Shown: piece after piece, positions 20,859-30,876 of the stretch
Numbering within the stretch: position 1 is the first letter of the stretch
Layout of the letters: every line of letters starts with the position of its first letter
Source: Treponemataceae bacterium
Lineage (GTDB): Bacteria; Spirochaetota; Spirochaetia; Treponematales; Rectinemataceae
Reading direction: 5' to 3'
Assembly: GCA_963677895.2 (NCBI GenBank)
Contig: CAXXGJ010000018.1
Location: forward strand, 448,001-512,000
DNA length: 64,000 nucleotides
Notes under the pieces: generated by a model
Told to the model about the DNA's origin: nothing
Databases searched by the model: none
The model's input: only the letters and a program-made list of their open reading frames with translations
Translations under genes and position numbers: made by a program

Positions 20859-21652
20859 GGCTGAATCCCCTTGGCCGCCAGGCTGCCGATGATGGAGGGG
20901 ATGAGGCTGTTCTTGAGCTCGGTGAGGTTCTCCTGGCGGAACCAGGTGCCTACGAGGAGGCTGGTCCCGTCGGGGGTTACCGCGTCGAGAAGGATCAGCG
21001 GCGCGGGATCCTTGAGCGCGAGGGGCTCGGCGTCGATCGCCGAACGTATCGCCGCCGCCGCCGCGGCGTAATCGCAGCCATTGGGAATGCTGAGCCAGAG
21101 ATCGAGCCTCCGCTGGGGATAATACGAGATATTGACGATATTGGATTTGATGAGCGTTTCGTTCGGCACGCGGATGAGACGGTTATCGAAGGTTCTGATT
21201 CTGATGCACATGAGATCGACGGTTTCCACGACGCCGGAGGTTGTGTCTATCTGGAGCGTGTCGCCTATTTTGAAAACCCCTTCGGAAAAAAGAAAGAGGC
21301 CGGATATGATATTGGCGACCGAAGTCTGGGCGGCGAAGCCCAGCGCTATTCCCGCGATTCCCGCGGCGCCCAGCAAGGCCGAGATGTCGAGTCCCGCTCT
21401 TTTGCTGGCGGTGAGGAATACGATGATGTTCCCGCCGTATTTGATGATGTTTTCGAGGATTGAGGCGCTGCGGTTGGGCAGTCGTCCCTTCCTTGAAAAT
21501 CTTTTTATTGCGTTGAATAATAGACGCACGATGCCGAGGCCGACGACAAGTATGAAAAAGACCGAAAAAGCCGTGGTGATGCTTTTGGCCGAGGCCAATT
21601 CGCCGAAAGCATCGGATATGGACTGAATCAAGCCGTGGACCTTTGTGTTCAT
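20795..21652 (-). CDS. Small-conductance mechanosensitive channel (MscS family)
   Basis: AGIAGIALGFAAQTSVANIISG, FKIGD and RTFDNR..VPN; start set at ATG 21652. Confidence 0.9.
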   Translation of the reverse strand: MNTKVHGLIQSISDAFGELASAKSITTAFSVFFILVVGLGIVRLLFNAIKRFSRKGRLPNRSASILENIIKYGGNIIVFLTASKRAGLDISALLGAAGIAGIALGFAAQTSVANIISGLFLFSEGVFKIGDTLQIDTTSGVVETVDLMCIRIRTFDNRLIRVPNETLIKSNIVNISYYPQRRLDLWLSIPNGCDYAAAAAAIRSAIDAEPLALKDPAPLILLDAVTPDGTSLLVGTWFRQENLTELKNSLIPSIIGSLAAKGIQPQPRRIEVSSTNPMPGTSLAV

Positions 21653-21689
21653 GACTGAACTATAAAGCAGCGGCAAGGCGAGAGGAATA

Positions 21690-22715
21690 GTGTCCGATAA
21701 AAAGAAAAAGAAAAAAAACGCCGCGGGCCTTTCTTCCCTCGCTCCGGGAAACGAAGTATCGGCCATACAGGGCAAGGAACGCTCATGGACCGGCCTGGTC
21801 GAGGCAGGCAATGGGGAGAGAGCCGACAAGTACATAGCCGAGATCGCCGGAATCCTGAGTCGTTCCCAGATCAAGGCGCGGGGAGCCAGGATCTTCGTCA
21901 ACGGAAAGGAAGAAAAACTCTCGCGTCGTCTGGTGTCAGGTGATCGGATCGAGGTGGCCTGGACCGATGAGCCGAGCCACAGCCTGAAACCCGAAAAGCT
22001 GGATGTGCAAATTCTCTATGAGGACGAGAATGTCTTCGTGTTCGATAAAGCGCAGGGGATGGTGACGCATCCCGCCAACGGCAACTGGAGCGGAACGCTG
22101 GCCAACGCGGCGGTATGGCTCGACGCCGAGCGAAAAGGCGAGGGCGAGGCGCCGCGCGGCGGAATCGTCCACAGGCTCGACAAGGACACTTCCGGCGTCA
22201 TAATCGTGGCCAGAAATACCGAAACCCACGAATTTCTCGCGGCTCAATTCAAGAACCGGAGCACTCGCAAGGAATATTGGGCAATCGTGCGCGGTTCCCC
22301 GGCGGGAGACACCGGCCATCTTGAAAATTACCTGACCCGCGACAAGTACAACCGGAAAAAATTCGCGGGGAATGAATCGCGGGGGAAACGCGCCGTTACC
22401 GATTATCGCGTGCTGGCCCGCTGGTCTGTCGAGGGCAGGCGCGACTACGCGCTCGTCGCCCTATATCCCAAGACGGGGAGGACTCATCAGCTCAGGGTCC
22501 ATATGTCGGGAATGGGCTGTCCCATATTGGGCGATCCACTTTATGCCCAAAGCGACTTCTTTTTTCCCGATGCCACGCTTATGCTGCACGCGCGGCGTCT
22601 CAGGATAGTCCTGCCAGGCATCGCCGAGCCCATGGTCTTCAAAGCCCCTATGCCCTCGCGCTTCCACGCCATGATCGCCCTCCTTGAAAAAAAAGGCCGC
22701 CGAATCCAAGGCTGA
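21690..22715 (+). CDS. rluD: RluA/RluD family 23S rRNA pseudouridine synthase
   Basis: S4-like N-terminus, IVHRLDKDTSG, TGRTHQLRVHM and ILGDPLY. Confidence 0.9.
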   Translation: MSDKKKKKKNAAGLSSLAPGNEVSAIQGKERSWTGLVEAGNGERADKYIAEIAGILSRSQIKARGARIFVNGKEEKLSRRLVSGDRIEVAWTDEPSHSLKPEKLDVQILYEDENVFVFDKAQGMVTHPANGNWSGTLANAAVWLDAERKGEGEAPRGGIVHRLDKDTSGVIIVARNTETHEFLAAQFKNRSTRKEYWAIVRGSPAGDTGHLENYLTRDKYNRKKFAGNESRGKRAVTDYRVLARWSVEGRRDYALVALYPKTGRTHQLRVHMSGMGCPILGDPLYAQSDFFFPDATLMLHARRLRIVLPGIAEPMVFKAPMPSRFHAMIALLEKKGRRIQG

Positions 22716-22768
22716 AAAGACGGCGTTTCATGAACCGGCTATGATCGATTCGGGGTTCTCAGGGCATG

Positions 22769-22804
22769 AAAAAGCCCCCCGGGCGGCCATCGGGGGGCTT
22801 TTCT
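22769..22804. terminator. Bidirectional intrinsic terminator between rluD and the RRM gene
   Basis: AAAAAGCCCCCCG..CGGGGGGCTTTT hairpin flanked by A and T tracts. Confidence 0.8.
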
Positions 22805-22865
22805 CGCATCGACCAGGGAATTGCTCCCGGGTCGTCGCGATTTTCACACTACGCTTTGAAGACGA

Positions 22866-23153
22866 TCAGTAGCTGCGGGGGCGGAAAGATCCACCGTCGC
22901 GGCGGGGCTTGTCTTCTGCTTCGTTCACGCGAAGCTGCCTGCCCATGAACTCAAAGCCGTTGAGAGCATCAATGGCCTTCTGAGCCTCGTCATCATTGAG
23001 CATCTCGACAAAGCCGAATCCCTTCGCCTTGCCAGTGTAGCGATCGATGATGATGTTGACGGAAGAAACCTCGCCGTACTGGGCGAAAAGGTCACGAAGC
23101 TGATTCTCAGCGGTACTGTAATTCATGTTGCCGACATAAACCTTCTTGGACAT
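22866..23153 (-). CDS. RNA-binding protein with a single RRM domain
   Basis: RNP2 VYVGNM, RNP1 KGFGFVEM and GRQLRVNEA; start ATG 23153 behind GAGG. Confidence 0.93.
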   Translation of the reverse strand: MSKKVYVGNMNYSTAENQLRDLFAQYGEVSSVNIIIDRYTGKAKGFGFVEMLNDDEAQKAIDALNGFEFMGRQLRVNEAEDKPRRDGGSFRPRSY

Positions 23154-23482
23154 GCGGAAAAACCTCAAATTAGGGCCGTCTTCGCAGGACGACGGCGGCA
23201 CCGGATCCGTCCGCCTAGGGCGGACGTACTGTGACTTTCAGGAGGACTGGATATACACCTCGACCGTCTTTAAAGCAGGAGGATTAGGCTGAGATAGCAA
23301 TGCTTGGGTCTTTCCGAAAGAAGAAGCGAGTGGAGCGGGGGCTCTGGAGAATTCGGCCGCCGAACCCCCAAAACCGTAAGTAAAGGAATGACGATGCATG
23401 AAAAGCCAGTTTCTACCTTAAAAACGGAGGAAGATAACAACCCTCCGAAAGCTTGTAACACCGCATACACGGCATCATTGTG

Positions 23483-23512
23483 AGTATATGGGGATTTTAC
23501 GGGTGCAGTCAA
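23483..23512 (-). promoter_or_regulatory. Putative sigma70 promoter for the RRM gene leader
   Basis: Minus strand TTGACT-N18-TATACT. Confidence 0.6.
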
Positions 23513-23548
23513 CTCCTTTTTCATCGTTTTGCCGTTATTTTAATTGCC

Positions 23549-23576
23549 TTGACAAAGAGTAGCCCATCCGTATAAT
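23549..23576 (+). promoter_or_regulatory. Sigma70 promoter of rny
   Basis: TTGACA-N16-TATAAT, both hexamers consensus. Confidence 0.75.
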
Positions 23577-23611
23577 CAAAATGACGGCATTTACATACAT
23601 CGGAGGGACAA

Positions 23612-25144
23612 ATGGCATCAAAAGTTTGGTTTGTTGCCCTTCCCCTTGCCGGCTTGATTCTTGGATGGACGATCCGCTGGCTATATGCCAGATTTCAACT
23701 CACTGCTGCGGAAAATGAAGCAGCGCGAATTAAACAGGACGCAGTTAAAGATGCAGAAGCCGAAAAAAAGGCGATCCTGGTAGAGGCGAAAGATCAGCTC
23801 ATTCGGGAACGCAACCAGCAAGAAAGGGAAATAAGGGAACGGCGCATCGAAGCCCAGAAGCTCGAACGCCGCGTAATGCAGAAGGAAGAAAACCTAGATA
23901 ACAAAATCGAAGCGCTTGAAAGACTTGAAGGAACCCTGAAAGGAAGAGAAAAGGTCATCGTCGAGAGGGAAACCGCCCTGCTCGGTCAAGAAGAACAGTA
24001 CAGACAGGAACTAGAACGCATTTCAGGTCTCACCGCGGAAGAGGCGAAGCGTATCATTATCCAGAATATGGAAAATGAGGCGAAACGCGACGCGCAGATC
24101 CTGATCAACAAAATCGATCAGGAAGCCCAGCTCACCGCCGAGAAGCGGACGCGCGACGTCCTCGTGACGACGATGCAGAGGATCGCCACCGACGTGACGG
24201 CCGAAACGACGGTCACTTCCGTGAGCCTGCCGTCGGACGAAATGAAGGGCCGGATCATAGGCAGGGAAGGGCGGAACATCCGCACGCTGGAGACGCTCAC
24301 CGGCGTGGATGTCATCATCGACGATACGCCCGAAGCCGTGGTTATTTCCTGCTTCGATCCAGTGCGCAGGGAGATCGCCCGAGTATCGCTCGAACGTCTC
24401 ATTTCCGACGGACGCATCCATCCCGCCCGCATCGAGGAGATGGTGCAGAAAGTCACGCGCGAAATCTCCCAGAAGATCTACGACGAGGGGGAGAAGGTCG
24501 TCTTCGACCTCGGTCTCCACAACATGGCCCCGGAACTCATCAGGGCGCTCGGACGGCTTTATTTCAGGACGAGCTACGGACAGAACGTCCTGCTGCATTC
24601 GAAGGAAGTGGCCATCATCGCCGGCCTTCTCGCGGCGGAAATCGGCCTCAATAGGGAAATCGCCAAGCGAGGCGCCCTCCTTCACGATATCGGAAAAGGT
24701 ATCGAGACCGATGGCGACCAGAACCACGCCGAGATCGGCATGGACCTCGTGCGCAAGATGGGCGAGGATCCGCGCGTCATAAACGCGGTAGGTTCCCACC
24801 ACAACGATGTGGAGCCTATCTGTCCCGAAAGCGTGCTCGTGCAGATCGCGGACGCCATTTCGGCGGCGAGGCCGGGCGCCAGGCGAGAAACCCTCGACAA
24901 TTACATCAAACGGCTGGAAAACCTTGAGACGATCGCGGAAAGCTTCTCCGGCGTCGACAAAGCCTTCGCCATCCAGGCGGGCCGCGAACTCCGCATCCTC
25001 GTCAACTACGAAAACGTATCCGACGAGCAGGCCAAGGAAATGTGCAAGAACATCGCCAAGAAGATCGAGACGGACTTGCGCTATCCGGGCCGCATTAAAG
25101 TGACCATCATCCGCGAGACCCGCATTGTGGAATACGCCCGATAA
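23612..25144 (+). CDS. rny: Ribonuclease Y
   Basis: N-terminal TM and coiled coil, KH domain (MKGRIIGREGRNI), HD domain (LLHDIGK) and AIQAGRE. Confidence 0.97.
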   Translation: MASKVWFVALPLAGLILGWTIRWLYARFQLTAAENEAARIKQDAVKDAEAEKKAILVEAKDQLIRERNQQEREIRERRIEAQKLERRVMQKEENLDNKIEALERLEGTLKGREKVIVERETALLGQEEQYRQELERISGLTAEEAKRIIIQNMENEAKRDAQILINKIDQEAQLTAEKRTRDVLVTTMQRIATDVTAETTVTSVSLPSDEMKGRIIGREGRNIRTLETLTGVDVIIDDTPEAVVISCFDPVRREIARVSLERLISDGRIHPARIEEMVQKVTREISQKIYDEGEKVVFDLGLHNMAPELIRALGRLYFRTSYGQNVLLHSKEVAIIAGLLAAEIGLNREIAKRGALLHDIGKGIETDGDQNHAEIGMDLVRKMGEDPRVINAVGSHHNDVEPICPESVLVQIADAISAARPGARRETLDNYIKRLENLETIAESFSGVDKAFAIQAGRELRILVNYENVSDEQAKEMCKNIAKKIETDLRYPGRIKVTIIRETRIVEYAR

Positions 25145-25155
25145 CGGGTGACGCA

Positions 25156-25962
25156 GTGTCCGAGCGAATGGCTTCAGTAATAATGGTGGGGGACGTCGTA
25201 GGCGCTTCTGGCCTGCGCGTCCTCTTTGCCCAGCTTCCCGCGTTTTCCAAGAAGAAAAATGCCGATATCGTCATCGCCAACGGCGAAAATTCGCTGAAAG
25301 GTTTCGGCATCGGCAAAGAAGAACTCGACATAATGCTCTCGAGCGGCGTCTCGGTCATAACGACGGGCAACCATGTCTGGGAGCGGAAGGAAGCGGCCGA
25401 GCTTCTGGATGCCGAAAAGGTCCTGTTGAGACCGGCCAATTACCCTCCCGGCTTGCCGGGCAAAGGCCTTCTTCATATCAAGGGCAGGGAATTCGACTGG
25501 GTGGTCATCAATTTGCAGGGCAGGGAATTCCTCTATGCCATCGATTGTCCCTTCAGGACAGCCGACGAGCTGATCGCCAAGGCCAGGCGAGAATATCCCG
25601 CGGCCATGATTGTCGTGGATTTCCACGCCGAGTCGGCGGAAGAGAAAGAAGCTTTGGCCTGGCACCTGGACGGCAGGGCGTGCGTCGTCGCCGGCACGCA
25701 TACCCATGTGCAGACCGCCGACGAGCGGATTTTTCCGGAAGGGACCGGCTATCTCACGGACCTCGGCATGACGGGACCCATCGATTCGATTATTGGCGTG
25801 AAAAAAGACATTTGCATTCGCCGCTCCCTGAGCCAGATTCCCTACAAAATGGAAACCGCCGAGGGGGAAGCGGCCATGGCCGGCGCTATTTTCGGCGTAG
25901 ACCCCCAAACCAAACGCTGCGTTTCGATAGAACGGTTCTACCTCGCCACGACGATCGCGTAG
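25156..25962 (+). CDS. ymdB: YmdB-like metallophosphoesterase (TIGR00282 type)
   Basis: GDVVG, NGEN, TGNH, RPANY, DFHAE, GTHTHV and TDLGMTG; classic position after rny. Confidence 0.93.
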   Translation: MSERMASVIMVGDVVGASGLRVLFAQLPAFSKKKNADIVIANGENSLKGFGIGKEELDIMLSSGVSVITTGNHVWERKEAAELLDAEKVLLRPANYPPGLPGKGLLHIKGREFDWVVINLQGREFLYAIDCPFRTADELIAKARREYPAAMIVVDFHAESAEEKEALAWHLDGRACVVAGTHTHVQTADERIFPEGTGYLTDLGMTGPIDSIIGVKKDICIRRSLSQIPYKMETAEGEAAMAGAIFGVDPQTKRCVSIERFYLATTIA

Positions 25963-26654
25963 CGGTCCTTCCCGACCTCGAAAGGCTCGCGATTCCAGCC
26001 CGACCATAGCTCGATATTCCTGAAACCGGCGCCGCGGAGCCAATAGACGATCATATCCGGCTTTATGACATGAAGGACGGTAATATCGCTCGAGGATTTC
26101 TTTCCTTCGGTGAGGGTCGTGGTGAAGGCGATGGTGCCGGCGCCGTTTCCGCGCTCATAGCGCCGCTCGAAGCGGAAACTTTCCGTCTCGATGTCGGGAA
26201 AGACAAAGCCCGGACCTATGTCGGGATGGGCATAGTTCATTGTCTGGATGACGAAAGGCGCGCCCGTCCCCAGCAGTCTTTTGACCATGGAGAAGAACAG
26301 CGGAATGCTTTCGGGAAGAAGATGGGGGAGGGTGTTGCCGAGACAGAGAACGGCCCCGAACCTGACGATGATGCCATAGTCGTTCTTGACGATGGATTCG
26401 GCGTCGAGCATGGATCCCTGCACGACATGGGCGCGGGAAGCGGCTCTGGCCGCCATTTCGCTGCTCAACTCGATTCCGAGCGTGTCCCAGCCCCTGTCGG
26501 CGAAGGCTCGGGCGTGTCCGCCGGTAGCCGCTCCCAGGTCGAGGATTCTTTTTTCGGCTCCGCTGGGGATGAGGGCTTCAATCGCCTCTATCGTTTTAGG
26601 GTTCAGCGGGAAGATCTCGTCATAGATGCGACTGATTCTGTCATAAAGCGGCAT
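25938..26654 (-). CDS. Class I SAM-dependent methyltransferase
   Basis: ILDLGAATG, GIELS and LCLGNTLPH; start set at ATG 26654 behind GGGAGG. Confidence 0.85.
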   Translation of the reverse strand: MPLYDRISRIYDEIFPLNPKTIEAIEALIPSGAEKRILDLGAATGGHARAFADRGWDTLGIELSSEMAARAASRAHVVQGSMLDAESIVKNDYGIIVRFGAVLCLGNTLPHLLPESIPLFFSMVKRLLGTGAPFVIQTMNYAHPDIGPGFVFPDIETESFRFERRYERGNGAGTIAFTTTLTEGKKSSSDITVLHVIKPDMIVYWLRGAGFRNIELWSGWNREPFEVGKDRYAIVVAR

Positions 26655-26709
26655 TGGCCTTCCCCTCCCTGGTTGAATTTCTTTATCAAGACTAAATATA
26701 CTCACTTAT

Positions 26710-28449
26710 ATGTCTCAAGCACAGCAAAGCACCGGCAAGGTGCTCAGTTCCCTGAAACAGTTGACGCCGGCGTTTTTCAGGCAGCTCTCCGAGGGCTACT
26801 CGACCGGCGATTTCAAGAAGGACCTCGCCGCCGGCATCACCGTCGGCATCGTCGCGCTGCCTCTCGCCATGGCTTTCGCCATCGGCGCGGGAGCCAGCCC
26901 CGCGCAGGGGCTCTATACGGCGATTGTGGCGGGATTTGTCGCAGCCTTTCTTGGCGGCAGTTTTCATCAGGTTTCCGGCCCCACGGGCGCCTTCGTCGTC
27001 ATAATCGCCGACATCATCGCCCAATTCGGCATGCCGGGACTGCAGCTGGCCACGCTCATCGCGGGGCTCCTCCTGATCTTCATGGCGATTACGGGGCTGG
27101 GGAGCATCATAAAATATATTCCCTACCCGGTGACGATCGGCTTTACGACCGGCATAGGCGTGACTATTTTTGTGGGCCAGCTCAAGGATTTTTTCGGCAT
27201 GGCGATACCCTCGCTCTCGCCCGAGTTCTTCGAGAAAATAGGCCAGTACGCGGAATATTGGCGCAGCACCAACCTGGCGGCCCTGGGCGCGGGGCTGGCG
27301 ACGGTCGGCATCATCATTCTTATAAGGAAGACAATGCCGAAGCTCCCGGCCGCCGTGACCGCCGTAGCGGTGGTCACCGCCGCAGCTTTCCTGCTGAACC
27401 TGCCTCTCGAGACCGTGGGGTCCAAGTTCGGGGCGCTCCCCAAGGGCTTTCCGGCGCCCAGGCTTCCGGAATTCAGCTTTTCCCTCATACGTAAGGTTTT
27501 CCCGAGCGCCCTCACCATCGCGCTTCTCGCGGCGATAGAGTCGCTGCTCTCGGCCGTCGTGGCCGATGGCATGACGGGTACGAGGCATTCTTCCTCCGCG
27601 GAATTGAATGGACAGGGCTTGGGCAATATCGCCAGCGTCCTCTTCGGCGGCATCCCCGCCACGGGAGCGATCGCCAGAACCGCGACCAACATCAAGTCGG
27701 GAGCCCGCTCGCCCGTTTCGGGCATGATCCACGCCATCGTGCTTCTGTTATTCACGCTTTTTCTCGGGCCTCTCGTCCAGGCTATTCCGCTCGCGACGCT
27801 CGCCGGCGTCCTCCTCGTCGTCGCCGTCGATATGAGCGAGCTGCCGCGCTTTTTCTCGATGCGGAAAGCGCCCAAGAGCGACCTCGCCGTCATGGTGACC
27901 ACCTTTATCCTGACGGTCGTGGTCGATCTCACGGCGGCCGTCGAGGTGGGCGTAATCCTCGCCATTATCCTCTTCGTAAAGCGCGCGAAGGATACGACAT
28001 CCGTCGCTACCCAGACCGATTGGCCCAAGGAAGCGGCTGAACTCCTGGAATCGGGCATGGCGAAGGCCGTCGATAAAAAGGATCTGCAGATTCTCGCCAC
28101 CCGAAAGATACCGAAAGGCTGTGAAATCTATGAGATCAATGGGCCATTCTTCTTCGGCGTGGCCGATATCCTGCAGGATACCCTGTCGGGACTCGAGAAG
28201 ACCCCCAAGGTATTCATTCTGAGGATGCGCCATGTTCCGGCGATCGACGCGACAGGCCTCAACGCGTTGCGCAGCTTCAACAAACATTGCAAGCATCATG
28301 GCACGGTGCTTATTCTCAGCGCCGTCGGGGCTCAGCCCGCGAAGGCGATAGACCGCATCGGCTTGGCCGAGGAAATCGGAGCGGAGAATATCTGCGGCGA
28401 TATCGATGATGCCTTGGCAAGGGCTGCGAAGATCGTCGGCTCACTATAA
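26710..28449 (+). CDS. SulP/SLC26 family anion transporter with STAS domain
   Basis: DLAAGITVGIVALPLAMAF, GLYTAI, SGPTGA, ATGAIARTA and the STAS motifs GPFFFG and IDATG. Confidence 0.95.
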   Translation: MSQAQQSTGKVLSSLKQLTPAFFRQLSEGYSTGDFKKDLAAGITVGIVALPLAMAFAIGAGASPAQGLYTAIVAGFVAAFLGGSFHQVSGPTGAFVVIIADIIAQFGMPGLQLATLIAGLLLIFMAITGLGSIIKYIPYPVTIGFTTGIGVTIFVGQLKDFFGMAIPSLSPEFFEKIGQYAEYWRSTNLAALGAGLATVGIIILIRKTMPKLPAAVTAVAVVTAAAFLLNLPLETVGSKFGALPKGFPAPRLPEFSFSLIRKVFPSALTIALLAAIESLLSAVVADGMTGTRHSSSAELNGQGLGNIASVLFGGIPATGAIARTATNIKSGARSPVSGMIHAIVLLLFTLFLGPLVQAIPLATLAGVLLVVAVDMSELPRFFSMRKAPKSDLAVMVTTFILTVVVDLTAAVEVGVILAIILFVKRAKDTTSVATQTDWPKEAAELLESGMAKAVDKKDLQILATRKIPKGCEIYEINGPFFFGVADILQDTLSGLEKTPKVFILRMRHVPAIDATGLNALRSFNKHCKHHGTVLILSAVGAQPAKAIDRIGLAEEIGAENICGDIDDALARAAKIVGSL

Positions 28450-28505
28450 AAGCCTTAAAGTATTGACAAGAATTATGCCTTTACTGTATAAGTTGCTTGT
28501 TGCGT

Positions 28506-28587
28506 GCGGCGATGGTGGAATTGGTAGACACGCTAGCTTGAGGTGCTAGTGCCGAGAGGTATGGAGGTTCAAGTCCTCTTCGCCGCA
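28506..28587 (+). tRNA. tRNA-Leu (anticodon GAG)
   Basis: Acceptor GCGGCGA/TCGCCGC, D-loop GGAATTGGTAGAC, anticodon arm CTAGC-TTGAGGT-GCTAG, long variable arm, GGTTCAAGTCC T-arm; CCA not encoded. Confidence 0.96.
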
Positions 28588-28593
28588 GCAGAT

Positions 28594-28623
28594 AGGGCTG
28601 TCCCAACGGACAGTCCTTTTTTT
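28594..28623 (+). terminator. Intrinsic terminator after tRNA-Leu
   Basis: AGGGCTGTCC-CAAC-GGACAGTCCT followed by a T run. Confidence 0.85.
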
Positions 28624-28736
28624 ATGCGGAAATCCCCGGCTCGCAAGCCTGCTACGATTTTTTATTGACAAGGGAAGTCTTATATCCTATTGTTTACTAG
28701 TTTTATAAGTATTAAATGTGTTTACAGGAAGGAAGC

Positions 28737-29837
28737 ATGAAAAAAGTAAAGCTGTCGACGGCAATCTGCGCGATCATCTCCATGGCATTCATTATCGGTC
28801 TCGCCTCCTGCAATATGGCGGGGCTCAGCTCGTCGGATTTCGATGACCTCGGCGACGGATCCTCGACATCGAAGGGGCTTGCGGCCTCGGGAAATCTGAC
28901 GGTAAACGGTATCCTGGTGACCTTCGATCCGAATGGCGGAACCGTCGAAACCGGCAGCAAAACAGTCAAACATGGCTCCGCGTATGGCGAGCTTCCCCAG
29001 CCAAGCCGCGGCGGTTATAAATTCGGCGGCTGGAGGACGGGACAGGAAGGGGAAGGGAATCTTGTCACGGCTACCTCGAAAGTCGCGGTCAAGGCTGACC
29101 ATACTCTCTATGCCGCGTGGAATCTGGCGCCGAAGAAGATCGCCGGAACGGCGGTGGCGGGGGAGACCTGCTTCTTTTTCGAGTTCGATGTGGACGGTCC
29201 CGAGAAGACAGCCAGCGTGCTGGTTCCCGCTTCGCAGGGCGGATATATCCAGAACGAGAAGATGGTCTATGAAAAAATCATCTACGACATGCCTAATCTC
29301 TATGTCGATTATACCAGTGGCATAATGGCGGGAGCGACGGAAGAAAAGGATGGAGTGTCTTACTCTTTCCAGGGGAATTACTCGCCGACCGATGGCTTCG
29401 TGGGCGTCATCACGAAAAATGATAATGGCGCGGCATCGGGCGGCTATCTGGTAGGGACCCCCCTGTTCCGCGGCATGAACGTCGTTAATTATGTCGGCGC
29501 CGCGACGTACTTGTTTGACACCCCAACGCCTCAGACGCTGCTTTTTAACGCGACGGCCAATTTCGACACGAATGAAGTCGTCGGCACCTGGTGCGAATCG
29601 GGCGAAGGCTGGGGCTATGGAATCCACGGTAGCATCGGCGGCGCTCTAGAGAGCAGCAAGGTCATAAGCCTGAACGCGGCCCTCCTGCCTGGCTTCGTAT
29701 TGCCGGACCCGTTGAGCGTGCTGGGCGAAGGCAGGTTCAAGAATGCAAGTAAAGAGACGGTATCGGGCTATCTGAACTTGTATTATGGCGAACAGGTGCT
29801 GCCGTCCACTATCATTGCCGTTAGGGAGTCCGACTGA
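28737..29837 (+). CDS. Lipoprotein with one InlB B-repeat (Listeria-Bacteroides repeat) and an unknown C-terminal domain
   Basis: Lipobox [35 protein letters not shown]; promoter TTGACA-N17-TATTGT at 28665; start ATG 28737. Confidence 0.75.
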   Translation: MKKVKLSTAICAIISMAFIIGLASCNMAGLSSSDFDDLGDGSSTSKGLAASGNLTVNGILVTFDPNGGTVETGSKTVKHGSAYGELPQPSRGGYKFGGWRTGQEGEGNLVTATSKVAVKADHTLYAAWNLAPKKIAGTAVAGETCFFFEFDVDGPEKTASVLVPASQGGYIQNEKMVYEKIIYDMPNLYVDYTSGIMAGATEEKDGVSYSFQGNYSPTDGFVGVITKNDNGAASGGYLVGTPLFRGMNVVNYVGAATYLFDTPTPQTLLFNATANFDTNEVVGTWCESGEGWGYGIHGSIGGALESSKVISLNAALLPGFVLPDPLSVLGEGRFKNASKETVSGYLNLYYGEQVLPSTIIAVRESD

Positions 29838-30065
29838 AAGGAGGGGCAACCGAAGAGAAAATCCTCTATTTTCTTTGAAGAAGCCCCAATTCTTTTTGCC
29901 TCAGTAAATTAGGAATATTTCGCGGTGGATGTTCTATTTCGCATATATTGACAAAATGAGGGTAAATTCGGAGAATAGCACTGTTGGGGTGAAACAGGCA
30001 AAAATGAGACATCGTGGGTGCCCCTTGCCGTATCTTCCAACGCTGTTTTTCGGAGGTTTCTTTAG

Positions 30066-30668
30066 ATGAAGTACCTTAAGGTATTTGCTCTCGTCCTCGT
30101 CGTCGCTCTCGTCGGTTCCTGCGCAGCCAAGCTTCCGCAGAAAGATATTGATCTCGCCAATACGGCGCTGAGCGATGCCCAGGCAGCCAAGGCCGATGTA
30201 TACGCTCCCGCTGAGTACCAGACCGCTCAGGACGCCAAGAATTCCCTGGATACCGAGATCGCCGTCCAGGAAGCCCTGCAGTCCGGCAAGTCATATAAGC
30301 TGACCGGCGAGCTCGCGAAGGCTCTCCTCGACGCAGCCACGAAAGCCAAAGACGCGGCCGCCGCCAATATGGAAACGGTGAAAGCCGAAGTCGCCACGCT
30401 GATCACCGATGTGCAGGCCGCTTTCCCGACCGTAAAAGCCGAATCCGAAGCCGCTTCCAAGGAAGCGAGGAAGGCTGCCAAGGCCGGGCTCAATGTCCAG
30501 GCAATCGCCGCCCAGGTAACCGCCGAGGAAGAGGCCATCACCGCCGCTCAGGCCGCCAATGACGCTCAGGATTACGCGGCAGCCAAGGACCAGCTCACCC
30601 TGCTCAAGGATGAGATTGCCCAGCTCCAGGCCAGCCTGGAAGCCGCCGGCTTCACCGCCGCGCTCTGA
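30066..30668 (+). CDS. Ala-rich helical lipoprotein (DUF4398-like)
   Basis: Lipobox VGSC, AKADVYAPAEY motif, coiled-coil composition, GGAGG RBS. Confidence 0.75.
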   Translation: MKYLKVFALVLVVALVGSCAAKLPQKDIDLANTALSDAQAAKADVYAPAEYQTAQDAKNSLDTEIAVQEALQSGKSYKLTGELAKALLDAATKAKDAAAANMETVKAEVATLITDVQAAFPTVKAESEAASKEARKAAKAGLNVQAIAAQVTAEEEAITAAQAANDAQDYAAAKDQLTLLKDEIAQLQASLEAAGFTAAL

Positions 30669-30709
30669 TCTATCGACGATTATCGTCGCCGTTTCGCGAC
30701 GGATCGTTG

Positions 30710-30743
30710 AAAAACCACCCGGTTTCCGCCGGGTGGTTTTTTT
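30710..30743 (+). terminator. Intrinsic terminator
   Basis: AAAAACCACCCGG-loop-CCGGGTGGTTTTTTT. Confidence 0.85.
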
Positions 30744-30876
30744 ATGCTTTATCTTGTCTACCCCAGGAATTCCGTCGCGGCAGGGAAAACGTGAAATCAT
30801 TTCCTGAATCGGCCTTTCCCCGCGGCAGGCTGGCGCGGCGGCGGATTGGCCGCTAAGATGAAAGCAGGCGGTACCC

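Noticed and set aside
23270..23524. 84-aa minus-strand ORF upstream of the RRM gene
   Set aside because: It starts upstream of and spans the predicted promoter, has no recognisable motif and overlaps the stem-rich leader.
23154..23611. 6S RNA, often found upstream of rny
   Set aside because: I could not find the long end-to-end rod with a central bubble. An Infernal search is needed to exclude it fully.
26070..27494. Long alternative-frame ORFs such as 26070-27494, 44686-46092, 59280-60614 and 54645-55796
   Set aside because: They are shadows of well-supported genes in GC-rich DNA and have no protein motifs.
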